Below, in pieces: positions 1 to 9,300 of a stretch of DNA of 27,261 nucleotides. Origin of the DNA: Lentisphaerota bacterium (GTDB taxonomy: Bacteria > Verrucomicrobiota > Kiritimatiellia > JAAZAB01); assembly GCA_016199105.1 (NCBI GenBank), contig JACQHI010000056.1, positions 1 to 27,261 of the forward strand, read 5' to 3'. The notes below the pieces were generated by a model. It saw only the letters and a list, made by a program, of their open reading frames with translations. It was not told where the DNA came from and searched no databases. Position numbers and translations under genes: made by a program. The stretch's first letter is position 1. Each line of letters begins with the position of its first letter.

Positions 1-1014
1 ATCTACGTGTCGCCGTCGCAGATCCGGCGGTTCGCCCTTCGCACGGGCGACCGGGTGGAAGGGGAGATACGGTCTCCGAAGGACAAGGAACGGTTTTTCG
101 CGCTCCTGCGCGTGGATCGCGTCAACGGGGACGATCCGGAGAAATCCCGCTGCAAGGTGCCGTTCGAGAATCTGACGCCCTTGTTTCCGACGCGGCGGTT
201 CATTCTCGAGCGCGAGCACGACGAGATTTCGATGCGCGTTCTGGATGTCTTTACGCCGATCGGCATGGGCCAGCGGGGCCTGATCGTGGCGCCGCCCCGC
301 ACGGGCAAAACCGTGCTGCTGCAGAAAATCGCCAACAGCATTTCCGCCAACCATCCGGACACGATCCTCATTGTCCTGCTGATCGACGAGCGGCCCGAGG
401 AAGTGACCGACATGCAGCGAAACACCAAGGCGGAGGTCCTCAGTTCCACCTTCGACGAGCCTCCGGAGCGGCACATCCAAGTGGCGGAAATGGTGATCGA
501 AATGGCCAAGCGCATGGTGGAATGCGGGAAGGATGTGGCCATCCTGCTCGACAGCATCACCCGCCTGGCTCGCGCCTATAACGCCGTGGAGCCGCACAGC
601 GGCAAGATCCTGTCCGGCGGCGTGGACTCCAACGCCCTGCACAAGCCGAAACGGTTCTTCGGCGCGGCCCGCAACATCGAACACGGCGGCAGCCTCACGA
701 TCATCGCGACCGCCCTGGTGGATACGGGCAGTCGGATGGACGAGGTGATTTTCGAGGAATTCAAGGGGACGGGCAACATGGAACTCGGCCTGGACCGCCA
801 TCTCGTCGACAAACGGATCTTCCCCGCCATCAACATCGAAAAGTCGGGGACCCGCAAGGAGGAGCTCCTGCTGCATCCGGACGAACTGAACCGGATCTGG
901 ATCCTGCGGCGCGCCCTGAACGGCGTGCCCACCGTGGAGGCCATGGAACTGGTGGTGAACCGGTTGAAGAAAACGAAGAGCAACGCGGAATTTCTGATGA
1001 GCATGCACGAGTGA
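1..1014 (+). CDS. rho: Transcription termination factor Rho (5'-truncated by window edge)
   Basis: Frame open from base 1 ([11 protein letters not shown]). Rho hallmarks: [12 protein letters not shown]-binding barrel, P-loop [44 protein letters not shown]. Confidence 0.98.
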   Translation: MYVSPSQIRRFALRTGDRVEGEIRSPKDKERFFALLRVDRVNGDDPEKSRCKVPFENLTPLFPTRRFILEREHDEISMRVLDVFTPIGMGQRGLIVAPPRTGKTVLLQKIANSISANHPDTILIVLLIDERPEEVTDMQRNTKAEVLSSTFDEPPERHIQVAEMVIEMAKRMVECGKDVAILLDSITRLARAYNAVEPHSGKILSGGVDSNALHKPKRFFGAARNIEHGGSLTIIATALVDTGSRMDEVIFEEFKGTGNMELGLDRHLVDKRIFPAINIEKSGTRKEELLLHPDELNRIWILRRALNGVPTVEAMELVVNRLKKTKSNAEFLMSMHE

Positions 1015-1041
1015 GCGATTTAGACAAGGAAGGTTTGTGGA

Positions 1042-2394
1042 ATGAAGGTGAAAGCGGAAGAAGCCGGTGTCTGTCGGAAACGATTGAAAATCGAGGTGCC
1101 CGCCGAGGAGGTGAGCGCCGAACTGGTCCGGATCCGGGCGGACTTCGCCCGGCAGGCGCGCATTCCCGGCTTCCGGAAGGGAAAAGCGCCCGCGGCGGTC
1201 GTGGGACGCCATTATGCCAAGGAGATACGCGAGGAGGCCAGGGATCGGCTCGTGGCGGCGTCCTACGGCGAGGCGATCCGGCAGGAAAATCTGCATCCCA
1301 TCGCCATCCTCGAGGTGGAGAACGACAAGGTCGAGGAGGGCCGGCCGCTGGCCTATTCCGTGGTCGTGGACGTGCCGCCGGAGTTCAAGCTGCCCAAATA
1401 CCAGGGCTTGTCGCTGAAAATCGAAAAAAAGGACGTGACGCCCGAGGACGTCGAAAAACGGTTCGGCGAGCTCTTGAACGAGCAGGCCCGCTATGAGCCC
1501 GTGGAGGGGCGTCCCGTTCAAAAGGACGACTTGGTTCAGATCGATTATGAAGGGCGCCTGGACGGACGGAGGCTGGAGGAAATTTCCAAGGATGCCGCCG
1601 GTCTCGGCCAGGGCAAAAACTACTGGTGTCTGGCCAACGAGAACGCCTTCTTTCCCGAATTGGGCCAGGGGCTTGTCGGCGCCGTGGCGGGGGAAAGCCG
1701 CGATATCGCCGTGAATTTCCCGAAAGATTTCATGGTCAAAGAGGTGGCCGGCCGGCAGGGCCTGTTCCATGTCCTGGTTACGGGCATTCGCCAGCGTCTG
1801 CCGGCGGTGGCGGACAAGGCGTTCCTGGACCGTTTCCAGGCGGAGTCCGTGGAGGCGCTCAAGACGAAAATAAAGGAAGGACTCGTCGCGGAGACGGAGG
1901 CCGCGGACCAGCGGAAGCTGAAAGACCAGATCGTGGAGACCCTGCTCGAGAAAACCGCGCTGGACCTTCCGGAAACGGTGGTGCAGGAGGAGACTCGCAA
2001 CGCCTATGTGGGCCTGGTGCGGCAGAACCTGATGCGGGGGATGACGAAGGAGCAGGTGTTGGGCAAGCGGGATGAGTTTCTGACTCTCGCCGGCCAGTCG
2101 GCCGCCGAGAAGGTGAAACTCATGTATATTCTCCACCGGATCGCCGACGAGGAAAAAATCGCCGTGGAGGAGGAGGAATTGACCCGTTATCTGGGTTACC
2201 TGGCGATGCGCGCCAACCAGCCGCCGGATCGTCTTCGCAAGGACTTGGAGGAGAAAAAGGAGTTGGACGCGATCCGGGGCGAGCTGCGGATGAACAAGAC
2301 GCTGGATCGCATCCTGGCCGGCGCCAAGATCAACGAGGAAGGTTTTTTTGGAAAATTGATCAAGGGGGTTGGCGGCGACAAGAAAAGCGGATAG
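1042..2394 (+). CDS. tig: Trigger factor
   Basis: Ribosome-binding signature IPGFRKGKAP, FKBP-type domain (DLVQIDYEGRLDG), helical C-domain, SD-like AAGGAAGG upstream, classic position before clpP-clpX. Confidence 0.95.
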   Translation: MKVKAEEAGVCRKRLKIEVPAEEVSAELVRIRADFARQARIPGFRKGKAPAAVVGRHYAKEIREEARDRLVAASYGEAIRQENLHPIAILEVENDKVEEGRPLAYSVVVDVPPEFKLPKYQGLSLKIEKKDVTPEDVEKRFGELLNEQARYEPVEGRPVQKDDLVQIDYEGRLDGRRLEEISKDAAGLGQGKNYWCLANENAFFPELGQGLVGAVAGESRDIAVNFPKDFMVKEVAGRQGLFHVLVTGIRQRLPAVADKAFLDRFQAESVEALKTKIKEGLVAETEAADQRKLKDQIVETLLEKTALDLPETVVQEETRNAYVGLVRQNLMRGMTKEQVLGKRDEFLTLAGQSAAEKVKLMYILHRIADEEKIAVEEEELTRYLGYLAMRANQPPDRLRKDLEEKKELDAIRGELRMNKTLDRILAGAKINEEGFFGKLIKGVGGDKKSG

Positions 2395-2410
2395 ACTGGA
2401 TGGCGATTTG

Positions 2411-2448
2411 CAACGCTCAACGTCCAACAACCAACAGCCAACGCCCAA
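2411..2448 (+). repeat. Degenerate heptamer tandem array (CAACnnn)x5 plus partial unit
   Basis: caacgct|caacgtc|caacaac|caacagc|caacgcc|caa read directly in the tig-clpP gap. Confidence 0.85.
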
Positions 2449-2473
2449 GTAAGATAAAAACGAAAGGATGCCC

Positions 2474-3094
2474 ATGAACGAGCAGGATCAGATGCTGGTG
2501 CCCATTGTGGTCGAACAGACCGGACGCGGCGAACGGGCGTATGACATTTATTCGCGGTTGCTGAAGGATCGCATCATCTTCATCGGCACGGCCATTTCCG
2601 ACGAGGTGAGCAGTCTGGTGGTGGCGCAGATTCTCTTCCTGCAGGGCGAGGATTCCACCAAGGACATCAATCTGTATATCAATTCGCCGGGCGGCTCGGT
2701 CACCGCGGGACTGGCCATTTACGACACCATGCAGTTCGTCAAATGCGATGTGACCACCTATTGCGTGGGCCAGGCGGCCAGCATGGGCGCGGTGTTGCTG
2801 GCGGCGGGGAAGAAGGGCAAGCGCTTCGCGCTTCCGCATGCCCGCCTCATGATGCATCAGCCGTGGGGCGGCGCCGAGGGCGCGGCCTCCGACATCAGCA
2901 TCCAGGCCCGGGAAATCCTCCGCTTGCGCGACGTGCTGAATTCCATCCTGTCCACGCACACCGGCAAGACGCTGGAGCAGGTGATGAAGGATACCGACCG
3001 CGATAATTTCATGTCGTCCGAGGAGGCCAGGGAATACGGCTTGATCGATGCCGTGGTCGCCAGCCGGAAGGACGTTGAAACCATAGTCAAATAG
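2474..3094 (+). CDS. clpP: ATP-dependent Clp protease proteolytic subunit
   Basis: [22 protein letters not shown], catalytic Ser (QAASMG), His (MHQP), Asp (DRD). ATG 2474 chosen over 2468 because of AAAGGA spacing. Confidence 0.98.
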   Translation: MNEQDQMLVPIVVEQTGRGERAYDIYSRLLKDRIIFIGTAISDEVSSLVVAQILFLQGEDSTKDINLYINSPGGSVTAGLAIYDTMQFVKCDVTTYCVGQAASMGAVLLAAGKKGKRFALPHARLMMHQPWGGAEGAASDISIQAREILRLRDVLNSILSTHTGKTLEQVMKDTDRDNFMSSEEAREYGLIDAVVASRKDVETIVK

Positions 3095-3130
3095 AGCTCG
3101 GAGTCGCTGTTGCGAGACAGGGAGGATTCC

Positions 3131-4402
3131 ATGGTTAAGAAAAACCAGTCCGGGTGTTCGTTTTGCGGCCGCATTCCGTCCCAGGTTCGCCAGATGATCG
3201 GGGGGCCCGGCGTTCAAATCTGCGATATCTGCGTGGAGCTGTGCCGGGGAATCATCGAACAGGAGGCATCCAAGTCGCGAGGGCAGGACAGCCGCAGTCT
3301 GAAAGTGCCCAAGCCGCATGAGATCAAGGCCTTTCTCGACGATTATGTGATCGGCCAGGAGCACGCGAAAAAGGCCCTGTCGGTGGCGGTCTATAATCAT
3401 TACAAGCGCTTGACCCAGGACGCCCATTTCGCCAAGGACGATCCGCTCGCGCCCGTCGAGCTCCAAAAAAGCAACATTCTGCTCATCGGTCCGACGGGCT
3501 GCGGCAAGACCCTGTTCGCTCAGACTCTGGCGCGCCTGTTGGACGTGCCCTTCAGTATTTCCGACGCCACCCCGTTGACGGAAGCCGGTTATGTGGGCGA
3601 AGACGTCGAAAACGTCCTGCTCCGTCTCATCCAGGCGGCCAACGGGGACGTGGCCCGGGCGGAAAAAGGCATTATTTACATCGATGAAATCGACAAAATA
3701 GCCCGGAAAGCGGACAATGTGTCGATCACCCGCGATGTGTCCGGCGAGGGCGTTCAGCAGGCGCTGTTGAAGATTCTGGAAGGCACGGTGGCCAATGTCC
3801 CCCAGCACGGGGGCCGGAAACATCCGCAGGAGGAATATCTCAAGATCAAGACCGACGGAATCCTGTTTGTCTGCGGCGGCGCCTTCGTGGGGTTGGAGGA
3901 GATCGTCAAGCGGCGTATCGGCGTCAAGACCATCGGCTTTCACGATGAGGCCGATCAGGACGATAAAAACAAACTGGTCCGGCACGCCCATGGAAAATCC
4001 GTGCTGCCGGCGGTCGAGCCCGAGGATTTGATCAAGTTCGGGCTCATCCCCGAATTCGTGGGGCGCCTGCCGGTCGTCGTGGCCCTGGATGAATTGAGCG
4101 AAGCCGATTTGATCCGCGTGCTGACGGAACCCCGGAACAGCATGGTCCGGCAATACGAGAAACTGATGGCCATGGAGGGCATCAAGCTGACATTCACGCT
4201 GACGGCCCTGAAGGAGCTGGCCCGGCTGGCGATGAAGAAGAAGACCGGCGCCCGGGGTCTGCGGGCGATTCTCGAGCATGTCATGCTCGACATCATGTAT
4301 GAGGCGCCGATGAAGAAGAACGTCAAGGAATGCCAGATCACGAAGGCGGTCATTGACGGGCACACCACGGGCCTGGATGTGGCGGAGGTCAAAATCGCGT
4401 AG
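3131..4402 (+). CDS. clpX: ATP-dependent Clp protease ATP-binding subunit ClpX
   Basis: C4 zinc finger (CSFC...CDICVELC), Walker [13 protein letters not shown] pore loop, GGRKHP, IGF loop, GARGLR. GGAGG 5 nt before ATG 3131. Confidence 0.98.
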   Translation: MVKKNQSGCSFCGRIPSQVRQMIGGPGVQICDICVELCRGIIEQEASKSRGQDSRSLKVPKPHEIKAFLDDYVIGQEHAKKALSVAVYNHYKRLTQDAHFAKDDPLAPVELQKSNILLIGPTGCGKTLFAQTLARLLDVPFSISDATPLTEAGYVGEDVENVLLRLIQAANGDVARAEKGIIYIDEIDKIARKADNVSITRDVSGEGVQQALLKILEGTVANVPQHGGRKHPQEEYLKIKTDGILFVCGGAFVGLEEIVKRRIGVKTIGFHDEADQDDKNKLVRHAHGKSVLPAVEPEDLIKFGLIPEFVGRLPVVVALDELSEADLIRVLTEPRNSMVRQYEKLMAMEGIKLTFTLTALKELARLAMKKKTGARGLRAILEHVMLDIMYEAPMKKNVKECQITKAVIDGHTTGLDVAEVKIA

Positions 4403-4411
4403 GACGTCCGA

Positions 4412-4777
4412 TCAGATCTTCTTGAGCGGGCCGTCCGGCTTGTTGTTTTCGTCCAGCGCCAGAACCAGGGGCCGTTGATGTCGCGCCTCATCGGCGGGAA
4501 CGACGGCAAAGGAAAAGATGATGATCGAGTCCCCGACCGCGCCCAGGTGGGCCGTGGCGCCGTTCAGGCAGATGACGCCGGACCCCGCTTTCCCGGGTAT
4601 GGCATAGGTTTCAAACCGGTTGCTGTTGTTCAGATTGGCCACCAGCACTTTTTCGTACGGCAGCAATTTGACGGCATCCATCAAATCGCGGTCGATGGTC
4701 AGGCTGCCTTCATAGTCCAGCGCGGTCTCCGTGACCCGGGCCTTGTGCAGCTTGGATTTCAACATGATGGAAAACAT
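4412..4777 (-). CDS. panD: Aspartate 1-decarboxylase proenzyme
   Basis: MLKSKLH, self-cleavage site YEG|S, RFETY, ICLNGA. Start moved to ATG 4777 (MFSIMLKSK). Confidence 0.95.
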   Translation of the reverse strand: MFSIMLKSKLHKARVTETALDYEGSLTIDRDLMDAVKLLPYEKVLVANLNNSNRFETYAIPGKAGSGVICLNGATAHLGAVGDSIIIFSFAVVPADEARHQRPLVLALDENNKPDGPLKKI

Positions 4778-4901
4778 CGTCACCCTCCGGATTCGCCGTC
4801 TGAAAAGGCTTCGCAAAGAGGTCCTTTTATAGCACTCGCCGGACAAAGTCAATGAAAAGCAACTGCCCTCCCGAACACTGAACACTTGCTGAGTCGTCAC
4901 A

Positions 4902-6536
4902 ATGAAAGCAACCATACGCCGTCGGGCTAAACCGGCGAAGCTGCTTCTGTTGGCGCTGGTTGGGTTTTGTCTGGCCCTGGGTTCCGTTGGCGCCGGCGAC
5001 GTCGCCGTGACGGTGCTCTATACGGCCGACGTACACGGGTCGATCCTGCCCATCGAGTATTACGAAGGGATGGAGCATGCGGGCGGGCTGTTGCGTTGCG
5101 CCACCGTGATCCGGCGGGAACGCGAGCTCGATCCGGAGCTGTTGCTTCTGGATGGAGGGGATTTGTTCCAGGGCTCGATCGAGAGCTATCAAACGCGGGG
5201 GCAGATCGTCATTCAGGCGGTGAATGCCCTGCGCTACGATGCCTTGATCCCGGGCAACCACGAGTTCGACTGGGGTGTCGCAAATTTGCGGGCTTTCTAT
5301 GCCGGCACCACGATTCCCGTGGTGGCGGCGAATATCGGGGCCGACCCTCCGGAAAGCCGGCCGCCCGGAAAGTGCGTCCCGTTTATCGTCAAAACCGTTC
5401 GTGGCGTTCGCGTGGCCATCGTGGGCTTGACCACCCCGCACATCCCCCGCTGGAGCCGGCCGCGATTGCTCGGCGCGCTGACGTTCCAGCGCTCCCTCGA
5501 GGCGCTTCAGCGGGTCATGCCGGAGGTGCGCCAACGGAAACCCGATATCCTGATTCTGGCGGCGCACCAGGGCTTCCGGGACTATGGCGACGACACCGCA
5601 AACGAGATCAATGCCATCGCCCGGAGTTTTCCGGAATTCGATCTTATTCTGGGCGCGCATACGCATCGCAACGTCGAGACCGCGGAGTTGAACGGCGTCC
5701 TGTATTCCCAGCCGGGCCCCTATGGCATCTGGTTCGACAAGATCCGTCTCGTGTACGATCCTCAAGCGCGCCGCATCCTGTCCAAGCAGTGCGAGATTAT
5801 AACGGTGGATGCCTCGTTCAAACAGGACGCCGAATTGAAAAAGCTGTTGGCCGCGGGTTTGGAGGAAGCCGAAGACATGGCCGAGGAGGATGTCGGCTGG
5901 GCGGATGAAAAACAGACCCCGACCTCCGAGTTCCCGGGCCAATCGTCCATCCAGACGCTGATCGCCAAGTCCATCGCGGAAGCGGTGCCGGCCGACGTGG
6001 TATTTCATGGCGCGCTGACACAGGCGGACTTGAGAAAAGGGCCCATCCGGGTGAAAGACATCTGGCGGATTGTGCCCTACGAGAACTCCATCGGCGTGGC
6101 CCACCTGACCCTGGACGAGTTGCGGCAGATTCTCGAGGAGAACAGCGCGTTTTACAAATCGCGGGGGGAAACCCGGGATTTTCGCGGCGTCCATGGCTTG
6201 ACGTACGCGCTGAACCCCAAGGCGCCCGCCGGTTCCAAGGTCAGCCGCCTCGTGTTGACCCACCGGCCGCCGCCGAAGGAGGGCGGACGGATCCGGGTGG
6301 CGTTCAACAGTTTTGACCTGGCCTCCGCGGGCGACCGGCTGAAGCGGTTGCGGGCGATCGTCGAGACACCCGAGGCGCGGCTTGAGGAAACCGATGTGGA
6401 TACGCGTTCCGCCGTGAAGGCCTATATCGAAGCGCATTCGCCGGTCCGGGAAGAGCCGCAGGAAGGCGCCGTGATCGTCCGCGGCAAAAAAGGAAAACGA
6501 TCGAAAGCGGATGACGAAACAGCCGGCGAGCGCTGA
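4902..6536 (+). CDS. Secreted 5'-nucleotidase / 2',3'-cyclic phosphodiesterase family metallophosphoesterase
   Basis: Basic plus hydrophobic signal peptide. Calcineurin-like motifs DVHG, GDLFQG, GNHEFD, GAHTH. C-terminal 5'-NT domain (IVPYENSI). Confidence 0.9.
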   Translation: MKATIRRRAKPAKLLLLALVGFCLALGSVGAGDVAVTVLYTADVHGSILPIEYYEGMEHAGGLLRCATVIRRERELDPELLLLDGGDLFQGSIESYQTRGQIVIQAVNALRYDALIPGNHEFDWGVANLRAFYAGTTIPVVAANIGADPPESRPPGKCVPFIVKTVRGVRVAIVGLTTPHIPRWSRPRLLGALTFQRSLEALQRVMPEVRQRKPDILILAAHQGFRDYGDDTANEINAIARSFPEFDLILGAHTHRNVETAELNGVLYSQPGPYGIWFDKIRLVYDPQARRILSKQCEIITVDASFKQDAELKKLLAAGLEEAEDMAEEDVGWADEKQTPTSEFPGQSSIQTLIAKSIAEAVPADVVFHGALTQADLRKGPIRVKDIWRIVPYENSIGVAHLTLDELRQILEENSAFYKSRGETRDFRGVHGLTYALNPKAPAGSKVSRLVLTHRPPPKEGGRIRVAFNSFDLASAGDRLKRLRAIVETPEARLEETDVDTRSAVKAYIEAHSPVREEPQEGAVIVRGKKGKRSKADDETAGER

Positions 6537-6601
6537 AATTGGCCGGGCCGGTTTCGCGAGATGCCGACTGCGATTGCCCTTACGGGGATGGCTGGAAGGT
6601 T

Positions 6602-8422
6602 ATGAACAAACGTCATTTAGTCTGTCGAAAGATGCCCTTGGTCTTGGGGTTCGCGTGGGTGTTATGGCTTTTTTTTCCCTCTCGTCCGGGGATTTCTCAG
6701 CCCCATGCGGTGCTGAGCTTTGAGGCTGTGTTGCGGCCCGATAACGCCTTGGAAGTCGTCGTGGATATCCGGGGGTCGGAGACGAATCCGCTGACCTATG
6801 CCGTGGATCTGGGCGGATTGGAGGGCATCCGGGACATTGGAGTCGAGGCCCTTGCGGAAACGGGCAGACAGAACGTCCCGTTTTCCATCACTCGTTCGGG
6901 CCGGACTTGCGTGATTTCATGGGGATCGCCTCCCGCGCAATCACCGGGCGGTTTTCGTCTGCGTTATGTGCTCCTGGGGGTGGTCGGTCGGGGGGAGCGC
7001 TCCGACGAGTTCAACTGGAACATGCTGAGTGGATTTCAGGAGTTCTTCTGTGATTACGTCAAAGCCACGATCGCTGTTCCCGCTTACGTCTCGAAAGAAG
7101 CATCGCCGGTCATCGTTCGTTCCGGGGCCGAAGTGACGCGTTGCCAGAAGACGCTTGGACAACTGAAGATTGAAGCGGTGATTGTGCCGCCCGGATCCCC
7201 TCTGGGGGTCCAATGTCGGTTGTCGGGAGTTGTGGAGGGCCGTTTTTTCTGGAACCGGTTTATGAAGACCGTGGGCGGAACGGCTCTGATGTTGTTCCTT
7301 CCGCTGGCGGTGTTCGGCGTCCTTTTTCCCGTCTATTGGCTTCGCGGGCGGGATCCGCATTTGCGGCCGTTCGAGGCGGAGGACTCCCGGCCTCCGGAGG
7401 CGATCACCCCTGAAGTGGCCGCAGCCATCCGGTCCGAGCATGTCGAAACGCGGGATATCCTGGCGGCGGCGGTGGACCTTGCCCGCCTCGGGTTTCTGAA
7501 ACTCACGCTGACGGGGGCCGAGCCGGCCCGGATAACGGAAGTGCGCGTCGAGGCGGTCCGCTCGTTCGAGTCGCTTCCCCCGGCCAGGAGAGCGATCGCG
7601 GAGTTGATGACGCGGGCGGCGGATGCGTCGTTAACCCGTGCGTTCTCAGTCGAAAAATGCGCGCCACGTTCGGAGGTGGAAGAGGCGCGGGAAAAAGTCT
7701 ATGCCCAGGCGGTCCGCGACGGTTTCTTTCGCGCCGATCCGGAGATGGAACGGTGGGCCTATTCGATGGCCGGAGTGGTGTTTCTGGGAATCGGCGCCTG
7801 CTTTCTGGCCTCCGGGTCCGTCTCCTGGACGCTCTTGGCCTGCGCAACGGGTTTTCTCATGGCGTCTATGGCGGCGGGGCTGCAGGCCGCGAGGACGGGC
7901 CGGGTCTGGATCCGTGTGTTGCTGTTCGGCGCGGCGATGGTCTGCCTGAGTGGCGGTTTGCTCCTGATCGCTGCGAATCCGGACAAAATGCTCGTAACAT
8001 GGACAGCCAAGGTGGGCTGGGGCCTTGGGCTCGCGGCCGGCGTGTTCTTTTGCTTCTCGCCGCTGATGCCGCAGAGGACCGTGAGGGGCGCGGCCGAAAA
8101 ATCGCGCCTGATCGCCTACAAAACCCATCTCAAGTCGCTTCGATTGGAGGATCTGGACGCCGCCGGGCTCCAAGGGGAATTCGAGCGGGGACTGCCGTTT
8201 GCCGTGGTGTTTCGATATCGGAAGGAATGGATCAACCGCTTCGCCGCATGCGGCGCGTTGACGCCAGCCTGGTGGACCACGGAGATGGCATCCGCTTCGG
8301 ACGGAACTCTAACCGGTCAGAATTCCTGTACGCTTTTGCGGAATCGGGAGCCCTTCATCGAGACGTTGAGTATTCTTTCGTCCGCGTTGGGGGAGTCGCC
8401 CGAAGCGGGAGTGGGCGGCTGA
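6602..8422 (+). CDS. DUF2207-family membrane protein
   Basis: Signal-peptide-like start at 6602, DEFNWN, TM followed by GRDP, AAAVDLARLGFL, several TM helices, MPQRTVRG, FERGLPFA...W..F, PAWW. These follow the DUF2207 (PF09972) motif order as I recall it. Confidence 0.8.
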   Translation: MNKRHLVCRKMPLVLGFAWVLWLFFPSRPGISQPHAVLSFEAVLRPDNALEVVVDIRGSETNPLTYAVDLGGLEGIRDIGVEALAETGRQNVPFSITRSGRTCVISWGSPPAQSPGGFRLRYVLLGVVGRGERSDEFNWNMLSGFQEFFCDYVKATIAVPAYVSKEASPVIVRSGAEVTRCQKTLGQLKIEAVIVPPGSPLGVQCRLSGVVEGRFFWNRFMKTVGGTALMLFLPLAVFGVLFPVYWLRGRDPHLRPFEAEDSRPPEAITPEVAAAIRSEHVETRDILAAAVDLARLGFLKLTLTGAEPARITEVRVEAVRSFESLPPARRAIAELMTRAADASLTRAFSVEKCAPRSEVEEAREKVYAQAVRDGFFRADPEMERWAYSMAGVVFLGIGACFLASGSVSWTLLACATGFLMASMAAGLQAARTGRVWIRVLLFGAAMVCLSGGLLLIAANPDKMLVTWTAKVGWGLGLAAGVFFCFSPLMPQRTVRGAAEKSRLIAYKTHLKSLRLEDLDAAGLQGEFERGLPFAVVFRYRKEWINRFAACGALTPAWWTTEMASASDGTLTGQNSCTLLRNREPFIETLSILSSALGESPEAGVGG

Positions 8423-8465
8423 AGGGAACAACATCGGCGCGGTTGACACAAGGAGAATGGTCTTC

Positions 8466-9293
8466 ATGCCTGGTTTTCTGAATATCCGCGACAATACCTG
8501 CATGATTTCGCCATATGAGGCCGCCTTCGAACTGGTCAAAAACAACCGGGGCGAATACGGCGATGTGTGCGTGACGCTTTCGATCGCCTACCGGGTGTTC
8601 GACGCGCCGAAATCCGAGGGGTTCAAGTTTGTCGGCGAGGCGCCGGTGGACGACATCTCCGTTTCGGATGGTCAAGACCGTCCGCTGAAATGGACTCGCG
8701 TCCAAATGCGCGAGACCCGTCTCGAATGGAAGTTTGTGCAGCCGGTGCGCAACAACGAGACAACGGTGGTGGCGCGTTTCAGGATTCGCGATGCCCTGGA
8801 AGAAGAGACGGGCGGCAACGTGTTCACGGCGCCGTGGGTGGGGAATTTCAGGGTGCCGGTGTCGCGGGTGGTTTATCGCTTTATCTTCCCCGCCGGCTTC
8901 CGGCCGACGCGGACCGTGGTGAACGGGAGGCCGGCAAAAATGAAAACGTCGGCCGATGGCCGGACTGTCGCCGAACAGGGCTATGAGTCGCCGCCCGCCG
9001 GCGGGTTCTGTGTCCGATTTTCTCCGGCGATGGGCCGGCCGCCGTCATGGAAAAAACCGGCTGGTCCCGGAAGAGGCGGCAAGGCCAAACCGTCGAATCC
9101 CCTTTTCTCTTTGTTGGCTATTCTGGGTTTTATCCTGCTGTGGAACCTGTCCCATTGCGATAAAAAAGGCGGGGGGACGTCGGGGAAGGGGGGCGGTTGT
9201 GCCACTTCCGTGGGCGATTTCGGCGGGTCGTCCGGATGTTCGAGTTGTTCCAGTTGCGGAGGCTGTGGCGGGTGTGGAGGCTGTGGCGGGTAG
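8466..9293 (+). CDS. Single-TM membrane protein with DUF2207-like N-domain and C-terminal Cys/Gly-rich tail (candidate radical SAM target)
   Basis: AGGAG 10 nt before ATG 8466 (alternative ATG 8457). Beta-rich N-domain (W..NFRVPVSRVVYRFIFP), TM LFSLLAILGFILLW, tail ending GCSSCSSCGGCGGCGGCGG. DUF2207 kinship of the N-domain is by eye. Confidence 0.75.
   Translation: MPGFLNIRDNTCMISPYEAAFELVKNNRGEYGDVCVTLSIAYRVFDAPKSEGFKFVGEAPVDDISVSDGQDRPLKWTRVQMRETRLEWKFVQPVRNNETTVVARFRIRDALEEETGGNVFTAPWVGNFRVPVSRVVYRFIFPAGFRPTRTVVNGRPAKMKTSADGRTVAEQGYESPPAGGFCVRFSPAMGRPPSWKKPAGPGRGGKAKPSNPLFSLLAILGFILLWNLSHCDKKGGGTSGKGGGCATSVGDFGGSSGCSSCSSCGGCGGCGGCGG
9237..9290 (+). repeat. Tandem duplications encoding the (Cxx)6 tail
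   Basis: 9-bp units 9237-9245 and 9246-9254 match at 8/9; 18-bp units 9255-9272 and 9273-9290 match at 17/18. Confidence 0.85.
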
Positions 9294-9300
9294 CCCGACA

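Noticed and set aside
2411-2448. Heptamer arrays as a possible mini-CRISPR
   Set aside because: Units are 7 bp with no 25-45-bp spacers, and no cas genes are present.
2417-4363. 648-aa minus-strand ORF
   Set aside because: Antisense shadow of clpP-clpX with no recognisable motifs; long shadow ORFs are expected in high-GC coding DNA.
4550-4570. PanD NGATA instead of the usual NGAAA
   Set aside because: Single conservative change; cleavage site and catalytic residues are intact.
4827-6437. 536-aa minus-strand ORF (likewise 9130-10287, 12259-13023, 21406-22398, 22598-24358, 24286-25683)
   Set aside because: Each lies opposite a clearly identified gene and shows no family motifs.
8443-8448. 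Perfect TTGACA upstream of the Cys-tail gene
   Set aside because: No -10 element at 16-18 nt spacing; that position falls in the coding start.
9291-9293. Possible recoded stop (Sec/Pyl) extending the Cys-rich tail
   Set aside because: The stop is TAG with the next gene starting 7 nt later, no in-frame TGA occurs within the tail, and no Sec/Pyl machinery is in view.
8956-9300. 115-aa N-terminal extension of the radical SAM ORF, possibly an RRE or overlapping gene
   Set aside because: It is an alternative frame of the upstream gene's GC-rich 3' end, is Arg/Pro-rich without RRE character, and ATG 9301 gives a normal enzyme start.
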